From the NCBI GenBank assembly GCA_042218075.1, contig JBDGRK010000003.1:32001-96000 (forward strand): a stretch of 64,000 nucleotides of DNA, in the 5' to 3' direction. The translations under genes and the position numbers were made by a program. Below are positions 37,107 to 47,559 of this stretch, one piece after another. Below the pieces are notes generated by a model, which was not told the origin of the DNA, did not search any database, and was given only the letters and a program-made list of their open reading frames with translations. Origin of the DNA: Candidatus Nanohaloarchaea archaeon. GTDB lineage: Archaea; Nanohalarchaeota; Nanosalinia; Nanosalinales; Nanosalinaceae. Position 1 is the stretch's first letter, and each line of letters begins with the position of its first letter.

Positions 37107-38141
37107 ATGGAAGATCAGGAAAGATTCAAGAGAGAGGTGCTGGGAGTATCCATCATTCTAGTTCTGGGGACAATATTAATAATATATCCGTTTCTGGATG
37201 CGATCGTGCTGGCCGTCGCGACATCTTACCTGTTGAGGCATGCCCACAGAAGGCTGAACGACAGGCTGGCTAACGAATTCCTGTCCTCGGTGGTGATAAC
37301 TACCTCGATAGTAGGAATAATTACACTGGGAGTATTCATGTTCATAAGCAATTTTGACTATGTACTGGGGATGCTGAAATTCTTTGCATTTGATCTCCAG
37401 CAGAATATACAGGGTATAGTGGAAACATTGAACCTGCCGGATACCTACAATAAATCCGCGGAGCAGTATATCGGGGCGGCCGTCCAGAACGTAAAGGCAT
37501 GGCTCGAATCGAGTATTGCATCGGTTCCGGTGGTTGTGATTAACGTTGGTATATACCTTGTTACTGCTATTTACCTCTACAGGGATGGGGAGAGAATAAA
37601 GCAGAGACTTTTTGACTTCGCGGAGAGTCTCTCCGAGAACGAGGAGAAAATAGTAAAAAGCCTGATAAGGTCGACGGATTCTATATTCAGGGGAGTCTTC
37701 ATAACACAGTTGATGGTTGCGACGATACTGGCAGTTGTGGCGGGTATTGGCTTCTACATTATAGGGCTGATAACTTCGCCTATACCTTTTGCCGTATTCT
37801 GGTCATTACTGATAGGTATTGCGGCGCTACTGCCACTGGTCGCTGCTTTCATGTTCTACGGTCCGATAGGAGCATTCTACATATTTACAGGAGCTCCCCT
37901 GAAGGGTTTTCTCATCCTTGGTTTCGGGGCGGTATTCCTGAATATCCTGCCAGAAATGTTCCTAAGGCCTTTTGTGGGATCAAGACAGATGGACGAGCAT
38001 CCACTGATAATATTCCTGGGATTCCTTGCCGGACCACTCACACTTGGACTGAAGGGAATAGTCCTGGGACCAGTAATACTGATCCTGTCGAAGGAGTTCT
38101 TCCTTAACTACAGCGAACTTGTTTCAGAACCCGAGAGCTAG
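37107..38141 (+). CDS. AI-2E family transporter
   Basis: LRPFVGSRQMDEHPL..GLKGIVLGP. Confidence 0.9.
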   Translation: MEDQERFKREVLGVSIILVLGTILIIYPFLDAIVLAVATSYLLRHAHRRLNDRLANEFLSSVVITTSIVGIITLGVFMFISNFDYVLGMLKFFAFDLQQNIQGIVETLNLPDTYNKSAEQYIGAAVQNVKAWLESSIASVPVVVINVGIYLVTAIYLYRDGERIKQRLFDFAESLSENEEKIVKSLIRSTDSIFRGVFITQLMVATILAVVAGIGFYIIGLITSPIPFAVFWSLLIGIAALLPLVAAFMFYGPIGAFYIFTGAPLKGFLILGFGAVFLNILPEMFLRPFVGSRQMDEHPLIIFLGFLAGPLTLGLKGIVLGPVILILSKEFFLNYSELVSEPES

Positions 38142-38559
38142 ATCCGCAGCCCGAGCAACTGGATTTAGAGAATTTTTTTCCGCAGTTTTTACACTCAGGC
38201 TTCCATTCGATCTTTTCCCTTACAGAATTTTCCAGAAAACCTCTGACATCTACTCCGAGATGGAGACCCAGGTTCTGTACTGCCTTATCATCGGATACCA
38301 AGGTGTAATCTTTTTCCAGCGCAAGAGCCACAAGATTCTCATCTTCTGGGGATGTGGGTGAGTTTATCTCTTTCGCCATATCTTCAACTCTCTCAATCGA
38401 TTCCTGGCCCGGCTCCTCAATCCTGTAGCCAGTGCTTTCAAGCACGTTCCTTGAATTTTCCGACCTCAACTCCTCTATAACATCAGGTACAGTAAAAACC
38501 TTGAAGTCGAAGTTGCCCCGCCCGTGTATAAATACGTTTGCGTCCACCGCGGCTTTCAT
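38104..38559 (-). CDS. nob1: Nob1-family PIN endonuclease
   Basis: VDANVF, SPED, SDDKAVQN, CKNC..CSGCG zinc ribbon. Confidence 0.85.
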   Translation of the reverse strand: MKAAVDANVFIHGRGNFDFKVFTVPDVIEELRSENSRNVLESTGYRIEEPGQESIERVEDMAKEINSPTSPEDENLVALALEKDYTLVSDDKAVQNLGLHLGVDVRGFLENSVREKIEWKPECKNCGKKFSKSSCSGCGSSSRVLKQVRCS

Positions 38560-38649
38560 GACTGAGAGTTGACTTGAAACCATAAAAGTTTCAGCAGACC
38601 CGGGTAGTTATTAAAAACCTGAGACCGAGAATTTAACTGTGATAAGACA

Positions 38650-38847
38650 ATGAGCCTACCTAACGCACCAGTTGAAAGAATAATCCGGAACGCCGGAGCG
38701 GACAGAGTTTCAAAAGACGCTGTAGAAGAGCTGAGAGATGCAGTCGAGGATGTTGGAGAGGAAATTGCCAGGGAAGCAGTCGAGATGGCAGAGCACGCGG
38801 AAAGGAAAACCGTCAAGGCGTCGGATGTAACGATGGCGACCAAGTGA
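38650..38847 (+). CDS. Archaeal histone (HMf family, single fold)
   Basis: [30 protein letters not shown]. Confidence 0.95.
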   Translation: MSLPNAPVERIIRNAGADRVSKDAVEELRDAVEDVGEEIAREAVEMAEHAERKTVKASDVTMATK

Positions 38848-38881
38848 GTCCCAGGTTTTGTTGATTCCAGAGGTGTGAAAA

Positions 38882-39265
38882 GTGCCGCAGCAGATAGAGG
38901 CAGGTAAGGTCAGGAACGGAAGCTATGTGATGATAGATGGTGAGCCCTGCGAGGTCAGGAGCGTATCCAAGTCCTCTCCCGGCAAGCACGGCAGCGCCAA
39001 AGCCAAGATCAAGGCCAAGGAAGTTTTCGGGGGTAAAAACAGGCACATTACGAAGCCTGTAGACTCCATGATGATGTCTCCTGATGTAGAGAAAAAGGTG
39101 GGACAGGTTGTCTCAAAGGATGGAAACATCGCACAGGTCATGGATATGGAAACCTACGAGACAGAGGAAATGCAGCTGCCTGACGACATAGAAGTTTCAG
39201 AGGGACAGGAGATAGAGTACCAGGTTATCGACGACAGGAAGCTTTTCGAAGGCGTGAGGGATTAA
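38882..39265 (+). CDS. eif5a: Translation factor aIF5A
   Basis: SPGKHGSAKA hypusine-site motif; GTG start with SD GAGGTG. Confidence 0.96.
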   Translation: MPQQIEAGKVRNGSYVMIDGEPCEVRSVSKSSPGKHGSAKAKIKAKEVFGGKNRHITKPVDSMMMSPDVEKKVGQVVSKDGNIAQVMDMETYETEEMQLPDDIEVSEGQEIEYQVIDDRKLFEGVRD

Positions 39266-39618
39266 ATTCCAGTCATCTCGTATATCTCGATCAGGTTTCC
39301 GGAAGGATCTTTCACAAAGAATCCCCTGTGATCGTTCAGTTCGTATCCTGACTCCACATCCGCGATCCTTCCTATTCTTTCCCTTTCTGATTCCAGGTCT
39401 TTAACTTCGAAGGCGGGAATAGAATTATTACCGTAGACAACTTCTCTATTGTTTGATCCATCAGCTTCAGGATTGTAGAGACTGAACTGCATCTCTCCGT
39501 ACCTGAATTTGACCAGTCTTTCGCTGGAGTGAACCGGTTCCTTTCCAAGAAGCTCGATGTAAAAGTTTTTAGCTTTTTCCAGGTTTTCTACCGTCAGCGA
39601 CACGAAATTGAATTTCAC
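39262..39618 (-). CDS. VOC/glyoxalase family protein
   Basis: VENLEKAKNFY..LLG; DPSGNLIEI. Confidence 0.88.
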   Translation of the reverse strand: MKFNFVSLTVENLEKAKNFYIELLGKEPVHSSERLVKFRYGEMQFSLYNPEADGSNNREVVYGNNSIPAFEVKDLESERERIGRIADVESGYELNDHRGFFVKDPSGNLIEIYEMTGI

Positions 39619-39671
39619 GTAGAGGTCTTTGCCGACAACTGATTAAAACCTGATTCTGTAATTTCTAAATT

Positions 39672-41033
39672 ATGAAGTTTGAAAGATTAAGGCAGAAAGT
39701 GCTTGAAGAGAATTATCCTTCAGAGCAAGAGCTAGAGGAAATAGAGCAAAAATACCGGGAAATCTCGGCATTCATAGAAAAAGAGTTCGATCAAAGCACG
39801 CATTTTGCAGGATCCGCGGGTAGAGCCACATGCATGAAGGACGACCGGGATATAGATATATTCGTTTTATTCCCGGAATCCGTCGATCCCGAAGAGCTTG
39901 AGCAGAGAGCTCTTGAGATAGGAAAGAAGACCTTCAAAGAGTTTGACGGCAAACACCACGTCGAGTACGCGGAGCACCCATACGTTAAGGGCAGGATTGA
40001 TGGTTTCAAAGTTGAGATAGTGCCCTGCTACGATACCGGGCCTGAAAGCATAAAGAGCAGCGTTGACAGGACGCCGCACCACACTCGGTGGACGGAAGAA
40101 AATCTCTCAGACAGGCAGAGAAAGGATGTAGTCGTACTCAAAAAGTTCCTGGATGCTGGAGGACTCTACGGCTCATCTCTGAAAGTTAGAGGCTTCTCGG
40201 GGTATCTGTGCGAAATCCTGGTATCCGAATCCGGGAGTTTCAGGCAACTAGTTGAAGAAGCAGCTTCCTGGAGTGAGGATGAAGTACTGTATCCGGCCGG
40301 ATACTATGAAGAGAAGCTGCCCTCTGAGCTAGAGGAGAAGTTCAGTAGAGATGAGCTGGTTGTGATTGATCCTGTTGATCCGGAGAGAAACGTCGCGTCT
40401 GTTCTATCCACGGAAAACTACTCGAAGTTTATCTACAGGTGCTGGAGGTTCCAGAGCAATCCAGGAATGAACTACTTCAGGAGCGATGAAACTGAGTACT
40501 CGGAATTCGAGGTGAAGCAGGAGTTGAAGAGGAGATCCGACTTTATGCTTGTAGAATTCGAGAATATAGATGATGTGGACGATATTGTCTATCCCCAGTT
40601 GAGAAAAGCTCTCAGGAGGTTGAAGTCAGAGCTGGAGGAGAAGAGTTTCAGGATCTACGAATCCGGCTTTTATGTAGGGCAGACTACTAAAATATTCTTC
40701 GAGATGGATCGAAAACTGCCGGAAGTACAGGAAAAAGATGGACCGAAAGTTTTCCACGGAAGGGATCATCTTGAACAGTTCAGCTCCAAGTACTCGAACA
40801 TCTATGTGGAAGAGGATAGAATTAAGGCGAAAACTGAGAGAGAGTTCACGGATGCGAGGGAGTTTCTGCAGCATTTCCTGAAGGAGGGAGATCTTGAGAA
40901 GAAAGGTGTGCCGGATCGAGTGGCGGAGAAGCTTGAAGACTTCAGTTTTGCATCTCCGCTGGAGGGGGACAGCGAATGGTTTAATTACCTGGGGGAGAAG
41001 TTGAAAATACAGCACGGTGAAAATGATGGGTGA
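39672..41033 (+). CDS. cca: Class I CCA-adding enzyme
   Basis: AGS..DIDIF, YAEHPY, SSVDRTPHH, GFSGYLCE, DPVDPERNVA. Confidence 0.95.
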   Translation: MKFERLRQKVLEENYPSEQELEEIEQKYREISAFIEKEFDQSTHFAGSAGRATCMKDDRDIDIFVLFPESVDPEELEQRALEIGKKTFKEFDGKHHVEYAEHPYVKGRIDGFKVEIVPCYDTGPESIKSSVDRTPHHTRWTEENLSDRQRKDVVVLKKFLDAGGLYGSSLKVRGFSGYLCEILVSESGSFRQLVEEAASWSEDEVLYPAGYYEEKLPSELEEKFSRDELVVIDPVDPERNVASVLSTENYSKFIYRCWRFQSNPGMNYFRSDETEYSEFEVKQELKRRSDFMLVEFENIDDVDDIVYPQLRKALRRLKSELEEKSFRIYESGFYVGQTTKIFFEMDRKLPEVQEKDGPKVFHGRDHLEQFSSKYSNIYVEEDRIKAKTEREFTDAREFLQHFLKEGDLEKKGVPDRVAEKLEDFSFASPLEGDSEWFNYLGEKLKIQHGENDG

Positions 41034-41595
41034 GGTAAACATTGTTGTCGGTCTATCAGGAGTTGGAAAAGGTACGGTTATGGAGGAGGCTATGCTACTC
41101 TCCGAAACTGATTACAAGCTTATAAACTACGGCGACAGGATGCTCGAAATCGCCAGGGAGCAGAACCTGGTGAAGGATCGGGACGAGATGAAGAATATAG
41201 AGGTTGAAACCTACAGGCAGGTCCAGATGGACGCTGCAGAGTCGATAGTGGAGGAATCTGAAGACAGCGATGTGATAGTCGAAACGCACGCAACCATAGA
41301 AACACCGTATGGATATATTCCCGGGCTTCCAAGGTGGACGGTGGAAAACCTGGAACCGTCAAAGATAATCATGATAACCGCAGATCCCAGGGAAATCTAC
41401 AGGAGAAGTGCTGACGACGATGACAGGGATAGAGAGCATGAAGATGTGGAGGGAGTCAGAGAGTACCAGAGAGTTGCGAGAGAAATGGCTTCCGCCGGAG
41501 CCGTTTTGACAGGAGCATACCTCAAGACTATTGAGAACGAGAATGGAAGAGCTGAGAAGGCAGCGGAGCAACTAGTTGAGACTCTCAGGGGCTGA
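41023..41595 (+). CDS. adkA: Archaeal adenylate kinase
   Basis: GLSGVGKGT, NYGD, RDEM, ETHA..TPYGYIPGLP. Confidence 0.92.
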   Translation: MMGEVNIVVGLSGVGKGTVMEEAMLLSETDYKLINYGDRMLEIAREQNLVKDRDEMKNIEVETYRQVQMDAAESIVEESEDSDVIVETHATIETPYGYIPGLPRWTVENLEPSKIIMITADPREIYRRSADDDDRDREHEDVEGVREYQRVAREMASAGAVLTGAYLKTIENENGRAEKAAEQLVETLRG

Positions 41596-42306
41596 ATAGT
41601 AGATTTTTGGAGACATCACGAATACATATGTGTTGACAACCGTGGATGACATTCTACCCAGTAAGAATCCTGCGTAACCAAGTTTCTCCAGAATTCCGGA
41701 GGAAAGAAAGGCTGCTCCCAGCATTATGATAGAAAGAAACACAAGAGAGGTGACCAAACCGCTATTATCTCTGGAGACCGAGTAAGAGTCCTTTACACTT
41801 TTCGTCAGCGTTGAATGTTCTAGAAGAGTGGCGGGCAGGAAGTAGGAGGCAAAACTGATCGCTATCACTGCCAAAAGAATCAACAACCCTGCTAATACCA
41901 GGTAAAATGTGCTTCCGCCACCTAAATAGTAGAAGTATAACAGGCTCATAGGTACAGAGATTGTTACTGCCAGTGCAGCCAATAGCAGGGTTGTCTTTAC
42001 CGCCTGCCTGATTCTTTCTACAACCTCGGTAATACTTTTCCTGACAATTCTGGGATCGTCAAAATGTTTGACCATGGCCGCCACCAGCATTGAAGCTAAA
42101 ACTCCAATTAGAGTCATTATTAGTGGAAGGATCAGCGCGACAGCGAGCAGTTTATAGGAGGAAAGCGACTTTAGGAACTGGAAGTTTGAGACAATCAGGA
42201 CCAGAAGTACAGAACTCATTCCCGTGGACACTAGCTTTGGTAGGAAGATTACGGGGTTCTCCCACAGCATTTCCAGGCTTTCTTTGAGGATTTTCAGCGC
42301 TTCCAT
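41572..42306 (-). CDS. Hypothetical multi-pass membrane protein
   Basis: About six hydrophobic segments. Confidence 0.7.
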   Translation of the reverse strand: MEALKILKESLEMLWENPVIFLPKLVSTGMSSVLLVLIVSNFQFLKSLSSYKLLAVALILPLIMTLIGVLASMLVAAMVKHFDDPRIVRKSITEVVERIRQAVKTTLLLAALAVTISVPMSLLYFYYLGGGSTFYLVLAGLLILLAVIAISFASYFLPATLLEHSTLTKSVKDSYSVSRDNSGLVTSLVFLSIIMLGAAFLSSGILEKLGYAGFLLGRMSSTVVNTYVFVMSPKIYYSAPESLN

Positions 42307-42453
42307 GCAAAGCTTTTAGATTCGAACGAATAAAATATGAAAAATATCTAAAAGATTTTATTACTGTGAGAAAACAAAAACGTTCTTTAAGCGGGTTTCA
42401 GCGCACGAAACCGGCGTAATGATTAAAAGAGTTACCAGTTGATGATTAGATAT

Positions 42454-42735
42454 ATGGCGAGCCTCTGGGACATTGGAAAAAGCACGGAGGAAAAGCTCGC
42501 CGATGAGTTGAAGAGTAACGGAGAATTTCAGGAGATGGTAGATCAGCACAGGGAAAAGTTCGAGCCAAGATTTGAGGATAACATGAAAGAAGAAGTTCCC
42601 ACCCATCCCTACAAGATTTACAGGAACATAGTCGAACAGAACGAGCTTAGCGACGAGGAGAAGGTAGCACTTGAGAAGATGAAAGACGAGTTCTCCGAGA
42701 AATGGCAGACACTCAAGAACTCCCAGTCAAACTAG
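42454..42735 (+). CDS. Hypothetical protein
   Basis: Acidic helical 93 aa from MASLWD; GC-rich host-like codons. Confidence 0.7.
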   Translation: MASLWDIGKSTEEKLADELKSNGEFQEMVDQHREKFEPRFEDNMKEEVPTHPYKIYRNIVEQNELSDEEKVALEKMKDEFSEKWQTLKNSQSN

Positions 42736-42746
42736 ACTGGATCATC

Positions 42747-42793
42747 GGTGAGTCTTTCCCAAGGGGAGGGGAGACCACCACCTATTTTTCTTT
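42747..42793 (+). terminator. Hairpin plus T-tract after the 42454 gene
   Basis: GGTG-A-GTCTTTCC..GGGGAGAC-CACC followed by TATTTTTCTTT. Confidence 0.45.
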
Positions 42794-42886
42794 AACAATT
42801 TCCGGGCGAAATTGGGACGCCGAGAGCATTCGCAGGGCGAATGCACTTTGGAAGGAGTTTAAAATTCTAGATTACAATTATGATTT

Positions 42887-44059
42887 ATGAATGCAGATTC
42901 CAAAATCGACGATTTCCTGGAATCGAGTAAATTTGATGCATTTCTAATTTTTGATGATTCGGCATCGAATGAAAATCTTTTCTACCTGACAAGTTTTAAG
43001 GCGTCTGATTCTTTTCTCTATTTCTTTGCGAAAGGTGAAAGCACTGTAGTAGTCCCACAGCTCGAGTATTCGAGGGCTGAAGAAGAGGCAGAAGTAGACA
43101 ATATCTACAGCAGTTCGAAATATGTTAGCGGCGAATCGAGAGATAATGAAAGTAAGAGAATAGAAACCATAAGAAAAGCGCTAGAGGATAAAGGAATTAA
43201 TAGAGTAGCAGTTCCAGGTGAATTTCCACTGAAGCTAGCCGATGATCTGGAAAGTGAGGGAATAGAAGTTGAGCCAGCAGAACAAAATCCTGTAATGGAA
43301 GCCAGGAAGAGGAAAGACAGTGGGGAACTTGAAAAATTGAGAGAAGTGCAGGAGTTGACGGAGGAAGCCATGAAAAGAACGAGAGAAATTATAGGAAATG
43401 CAGAGGTCAGGGATGGAGTTCTTTACAGAGATGGAGAGATACTTACATCTGAAAGGGTGAAGAAGAAAATCAAGCTCTTCATGTTGGAAAACAACTGTGA
43501 GGTACCTGAAAATACAATAGTGGCCTCTGGAGCTGAATCTGCGAAACCTCATTCGAGAGGTTCAGGGCCTATAGAAGCGGGAGAACCGATCATCGTTGAC
43601 ATCTTTCCAAGACATGATAATAATTATTTCGGCGACATGACCCGGACGTTTGTCAAGGGAGAAGTACCTTCAGAAGTCCAGGAGATGAAGCAATCAGTTG
43701 ATGAGGCCCTAGAAGCTGCTTTTGAGGTACTTGAGAGAGGAGCAGGTGTCAAGGCAAAAGAAGTTCATGCGAGGGTCTGCGATGTCCTGGAGAAGCATGG
43801 ATATGAAACTTTGAGAAATAATGAAGAGGCGGAAAGCGGGTTTTTACATTCTACAGGTCATGCGGTGGGACTTGAACTGCATGAGAGTCCGCGTGTAGCT
43901 GGCAACAAAGATGAACTTGAAGAGGGAATGGTGCTTACGATAGAACCTGGCCTATACATTCCAGAAATCGGAGGCCTGAGACTGGAAGACATGATAGTTG
44001 TTGAGGAAGATGGATTTGAGAACTTCAATTCTATGAGCAGGGAAATAAAGCTTGATTAA
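42887..44059 (+). CDS. Xaa-Pro peptidase (M24 family)
   Basis: PH, D..DMTRT, HSTGHAVGLELHE, TIEPG, LED. Confidence 0.93.
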   Translation: MNADSKIDDFLESSKFDAFLIFDDSASNENLFYLTSFKASDSFLYFFAKGESTVVVPQLEYSRAEEEAEVDNIYSSSKYVSGESRDNESKRIETIRKALEDKGINRVAVPGEFPLKLADDLESEGIEVEPAEQNPVMEARKRKDSGELEKLREVQELTEEAMKRTREIIGNAEVRDGVLYRDGEILTSERVKKKIKLFMLENNCEVPENTIVASGAESAKPHSRGSGPIEAGEPIIVDIFPRHDNNYFGDMTRTFVKGEVPSEVQEMKQSVDEALEAAFEVLERGAGVKAKEVHARVCDVLEKHGYETLRNNEEAESGFLHSTGHAVGLELHESPRVAGNKDELEEGMVLTIEPGLYIPEIGGLRLEDMIVVEEDGFENFNSMSREIKLD

Positions 44060-45636
44060 TCCAGTTCCTTGACCATGTAAGGCCCTTCCTTCTCGTAACC
44101 TAACTTCCGGTAGTACTCCCGTGTTCCAACCGCGGAGATTACCACGACCTTCTCTCTTCCGATCTCTCGGGCTTTTTCCTCAGCTCGCTCCATCAACCTT
44201 CTTCCAAAACCCTGGTGCTGGGCCTCTCCCTCCTCCCCGAGCTCTGTCGCTGTTCCAAGGACCTTCAGCTGCCTGACTATAAGTGAATCATCATCGATCT
44301 CCGGCCTGAAGGATTCCGGGGGAGCTCTCAGTCTCGTGAAACCGAGGATTATATCCTTTCCAGTATCCTCGTAGCTCAGGAAGTACTCTTTGCCGCCTGA
44401 GGCATCGTAGATTCTCTCCACTGCTTCTACATCCTCAGGGGTCTCACCATGCTTCTGCCTGACGTGTCCGACTTCCCTGCAGCGGATGCACCTGCATCTA
44501 TCTCCCTCTTCCTCCATCTCCTGGAGGGCCATCTGGCGCATATTTGTGAGCTGTGGTCCCGCATCTACTTCAGTCGAGGGAATGTCACGCATCACCCTCT
44601 TCACCCTGACATGGGGAGGAATTTGGCTTACGAGTATCTCTTTCAGCCTTTCTTTTGCCTCCTCGTCGTCTATCGGATCGAACTCGCCCTCCTCGTACCT
44701 CCTGTAGAGCTCGGTTCCCTGGATGACTTCGCAGGGATAGATCTTTACCTCGTCGGGCTGGAGGTCCGGGTCGGAAAAGGTCTTCCTGAATTTCTGTATA
44801 TCTTCTTCGTATCCCTCGCCGGGAAGACCGAGCATCAGGTGGTAGGCGACCTTGAAACCCGCGTTTTTCAACCGCTTAGTTGCCTCGATTACAGGCTCCA
44901 TGCCGTGGCCTCTGTTCGTTATTTCATGGGTTTCATCGAACACAGTCTGTACACCCATCTCGACCCTGGTTCCCCCCATTTCAAGGATGCGGTCGATATG
45001 CTCGGTCTCGCAGATGTCAGGCCTTGTCTCGAAGGTCACTCCAACATTCCTGACCTCCGCTTTCTCATTCTTCAGCTGTGCCTCTTCAAGTTTGTCAGCT
45101 TCTTCAAGCCCTGAATTGTCCGGGTAGGTGTTGAACCCATCGAAAGCTCTCTTCAAAAATTCTCGCTGGTAATCCGGGTCCTGGAAGGGGAAGGTTCCTC
45201 CCATCACTATCAGCTTTGACTTGTCTATGGAGTGCCCGTTCTTCTCGTACTGATTCAGTCTATCGTGGACCTGGTCGAAAGGATCGTAGTCGTTCCTGAT
45301 AGCTCTCCTCGTTGCCGGTTCTTTACCTGTATAGCTCTGGGGAGCATCTTTTCCCTTCGGACAGTAGATGCAGCCCCCGCCGCATGGAGCAGGTCTCGCC
45401 ATTATCGCTATGTTTGCGATTCCGGATATCGTCCTCATGGGCTTGGTTTTCAGAAGTTTCCTTGCGTCTTCCTCTCCTTCTTCCGCAAATTCCAGTATGT
45501 CTGAGTTCTTCGGCATCCCCTCGAAATCGCTCTCCCCGCAGAGCTGCTTTTTCCTCGCCTCTATCTCTTGCTTGGATTCTATCTCGCCATCCTGAATCTC
45601 TTCTATTATATTGCGTGAAATCTTTTCGAGGCTCAT
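44056..45636 (-). CDS. elp3: Elp3 radical SAM/GNAT tRNA U34 acetyltransferase
   Basis: KPMRTISG, CGGGCIYCP, QSYTG, ETRPD, CRCIRCRE, QHQGFG; start MSLEKI at 45636. Confidence 0.95.
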   Translation of the reverse strand: MSLEKISRNIIEEIQDGEIESKQEIEARKKQLCGESDFEGMPKNSDILEFAEEGEEDARKLLKTKPMRTISGIANIAIMARPAPCGGGCIYCPKGKDAPQSYTGKEPATRRAIRNDYDPFDQVHDRLNQYEKNGHSIDKSKLIVMGGTFPFQDPDYQREFLKRAFDGFNTYPDNSGLEEADKLEEAQLKNEKAEVRNVGVTFETRPDICETEHIDRILEMGGTRVEMGVQTVFDETHEITNRGHGMEPVIEATKRLKNAGFKVAYHLMLGLPGEGYEEDIQKFRKTFSDPDLQPDEVKIYPCEVIQGTELYRRYEEGEFDPIDDEEAKERLKEILVSQIPPHVRVKRVMRDIPSTEVDAGPQLTNMRQMALQEMEEEGDRCRCIRCREVGHVRQKHGETPEDVEAVERIYDASGGKEYFLSYEDTGKDIILGFTRLRAPPESFRPEIDDDSLIVRQLKVLGTATELGEEGEAQHQGFGRRLMERAEEKAREIGREKVVVISAVGTREYYRKLGYEKEGPYMVKELD

Positions 45637-45688
45637 GGTGTCCAGAGCTGTATGAAGAATTAAAAAGAAACAGTTAATTGATTGATTT

Positions 45689-46564
45689 ATGGAAAAACGA
45701 ACGAGGAATCTCCTGGCGGGCGGAATTGGTCTAATATTGATTTTTTCGCTTATTGGGTTCTTTGCCTCTGGAAAGGCATCTGAACTTGATCTGAGGAAGG
45801 GAGATGTCGCGGTGGTCTCGCTGGACGGATCGATAACTTCTTCGTCCTCGGGCTTTGGCTCTTCCTCCATCACACCCTCGAAGGTTAGAGACCTGAATGA
45901 GAGAGCTTTGAACTCGGGAGCGGACGCGATTATCTACGAGATAAACTCAGGAGGTGGAGCAGTAGTTGCCTCGAAAGATGTAAAGCGTGAGATTGAATCG
46001 GTTGGAGTCCCCACAGTTTGCAGGTTGAGGGATGTGGCTGCATCCGGAGGCTACCTGATCTCACTGGGATGTAACAGAACAGTTGCCGATTCCGCATCTA
46101 TTACCGGCAGTATAGGTGTCAGGAGCTCTTTCCTTGAATTCTCTGGACTCCTGAACAGGCTCGGGGTTGAATACGTCAATATTACCTCTGGTAAGCTGAA
46201 GGGCGTGGGTTCACCTTACAGGAATATTACCCCTGAGGAGAGGAGACTCCTGAAGCAGAAGTCCGAGATGATACACAGGGAGTTCATCAATCTAGTTGAA
46301 AAGGAGAGGAATCTGAGTCAATCGGAGGTGGAGAAGATTAGCACGGGTGAGATTTTCCTTGGTAGCGAAGCGAAGAAGCTGGAACTTGTCGACAAGCTAG
46401 GAGGCCGGCAGCAGGCAGTTGAGGAGGCAGAAAACCTTACGGGCCATGATCTCAAGGTTAAACAGGTCGACGAGGGGCCGGATTTCAGTTTCCTGGATTT
46501 GATGGGAATAGAATCTTTTCTTTCCTCGGGAGCAAATCCTCCCCTGAGGGCTGAGATTGGATAG
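45689..46564 (+). CDS. sppA: Signal peptide peptidase SppA
   Basis: INSGGG, AASGGY, TGSIGV, GKLK. Confidence 0.92.
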   Translation: MEKRTRNLLAGGIGLILIFSLIGFFASGKASELDLRKGDVAVVSLDGSITSSSSGFGSSSITPSKVRDLNERALNSGADAIIYEINSGGGAVVASKDVKREIESVGVPTVCRLRDVAASGGYLISLGCNRTVADSASITGSIGVRSSFLEFSGLLNRLGVEYVNITSGKLKGVGSPYRNITPEERRLLKQKSEMIHREFINLVEKERNLSQSEVEKISTGEIFLGSEAKKLELVDKLGGRQQAVEEAENLTGHDLKVKQVDEGPDFSFLDLMGIESFLSSGANPPLRAEIG

Positions 46565-46593
46565 ATAGCTCACAGGTATTATAGGAAAAAGTG

Positions 46594-47436
46594 TTATCTA
46601 TCAGGTCCTTCAGGTGACCCTGGCTCGTCCGAATGATGCCAGAGCATGTCGAACACTGGTTCCATGGTTTCCTCCGCCATGTGGTCGCTCTTGGTCCAGA
46701 ATGCTGTATCCTGGGTGTCGTGTACCTGGTCATGTGTCATCGACATCGTCAGAGCATTATTGTCGATTATCGCGAACCTTCCCTCCGGAACGTCAAATTC
46801 GTCTCTTCCCTCCAGATGCCTGACTTCCACAGCATCCTTTATTGATTCGAAAGCTTCCCTGTTACTGTCTGTTACCGGAGCCAGTACCTGAACTTTCACA
46901 CCGTTCTCCCTTGCTTCCTGTAGCAGATCGGCATGATTACTGTAAAGCTGGTTAAGTCCGTCCTCCGAGGTCACGATCTTTATGCTTTCCTCGGCGTCCT
47001 GGAACATTGTTCCCATGTGCTGGTTGATCTGGTGGGAACCCTGCAGGGAGCCTGACATTTCCTCTGGATCAACCAGTTCAAGTCCCTGATCGTAGAGGCT
47101 CTCAAGCTCATCTACGGCTTCTGAATCCTTGAAGGAATCAAGCTTGTCTAGTTTGTCCTCCAGCTCCTGCCTGTGCTGTTCTTTTATGTTTTCAATCGCC
47201 TGCTGCGGAGGGATAGCCACGTATTCCATAGGCTGATTCGACTTGATGACCGCGCATCCTTTCTCCGCAAGAGACTCCAGGACATCATAGGTACGCGAGC
47301 GTGGAACATTGGTCATTTCCGAGAGTTCTCCTGCTGTTGAGACACCTCTGCTGATCAGGGCAGAGTAAATTTTCCTCTCGTACATGTTTAGACCGATATC
47401 TTCAAGCTTGTCCAGAGTCTCCTGACTTGCAACCAT
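46594..47436 (-). CDS. TrmB-family transcriptional regulator
   Basis: GLNMYERKIY..VPRSRTYDVLESL HTH plus PLD-like domain. Confidence 0.9.
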   Translation of the reverse strand: MVASQETLDKLEDIGLNMYERKIYSALISRGVSTAGELSEMTNVPRSRTYDVLESLAEKGCAVIKSNQPMEYVAIPPQQAIENIKEQHRQELEDKLDKLDSFKDSEAVDELESLYDQGLELVDPEEMSGSLQGSHQINQHMGTMFQDAEESIKIVTSEDGLNQLYSNHADLLQEARENGVKVQVLAPVTDSNREAFESIKDAVEVRHLEGRDEFDVPEGRFAIIDNNALTMSMTHDQVHDTQDTAFWTKSDHMAEETMEPVFDMLWHHSDEPGSPEGPDR

Positions 47437-47559
47437 TTTTGAATGACACCTTAGCTATGTTACCATTCTGTGCGGGTAGTTATAAACCTTATCCGGGGCT
47501 TTCCCCTGTCGGTAGTAAGATTTTATGATCACCGAGTAATAATTAATTAAGCTTAAAGT

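Noticed and set aside
45637-45873. N-terminal extension of Elp3 in the ORF track
   Set aside because: Antisense overlap with sppA; real start is MSLEKI. The same applies to extended starts listed for dcd, atpC, rpl15e and the peptidase at 12334
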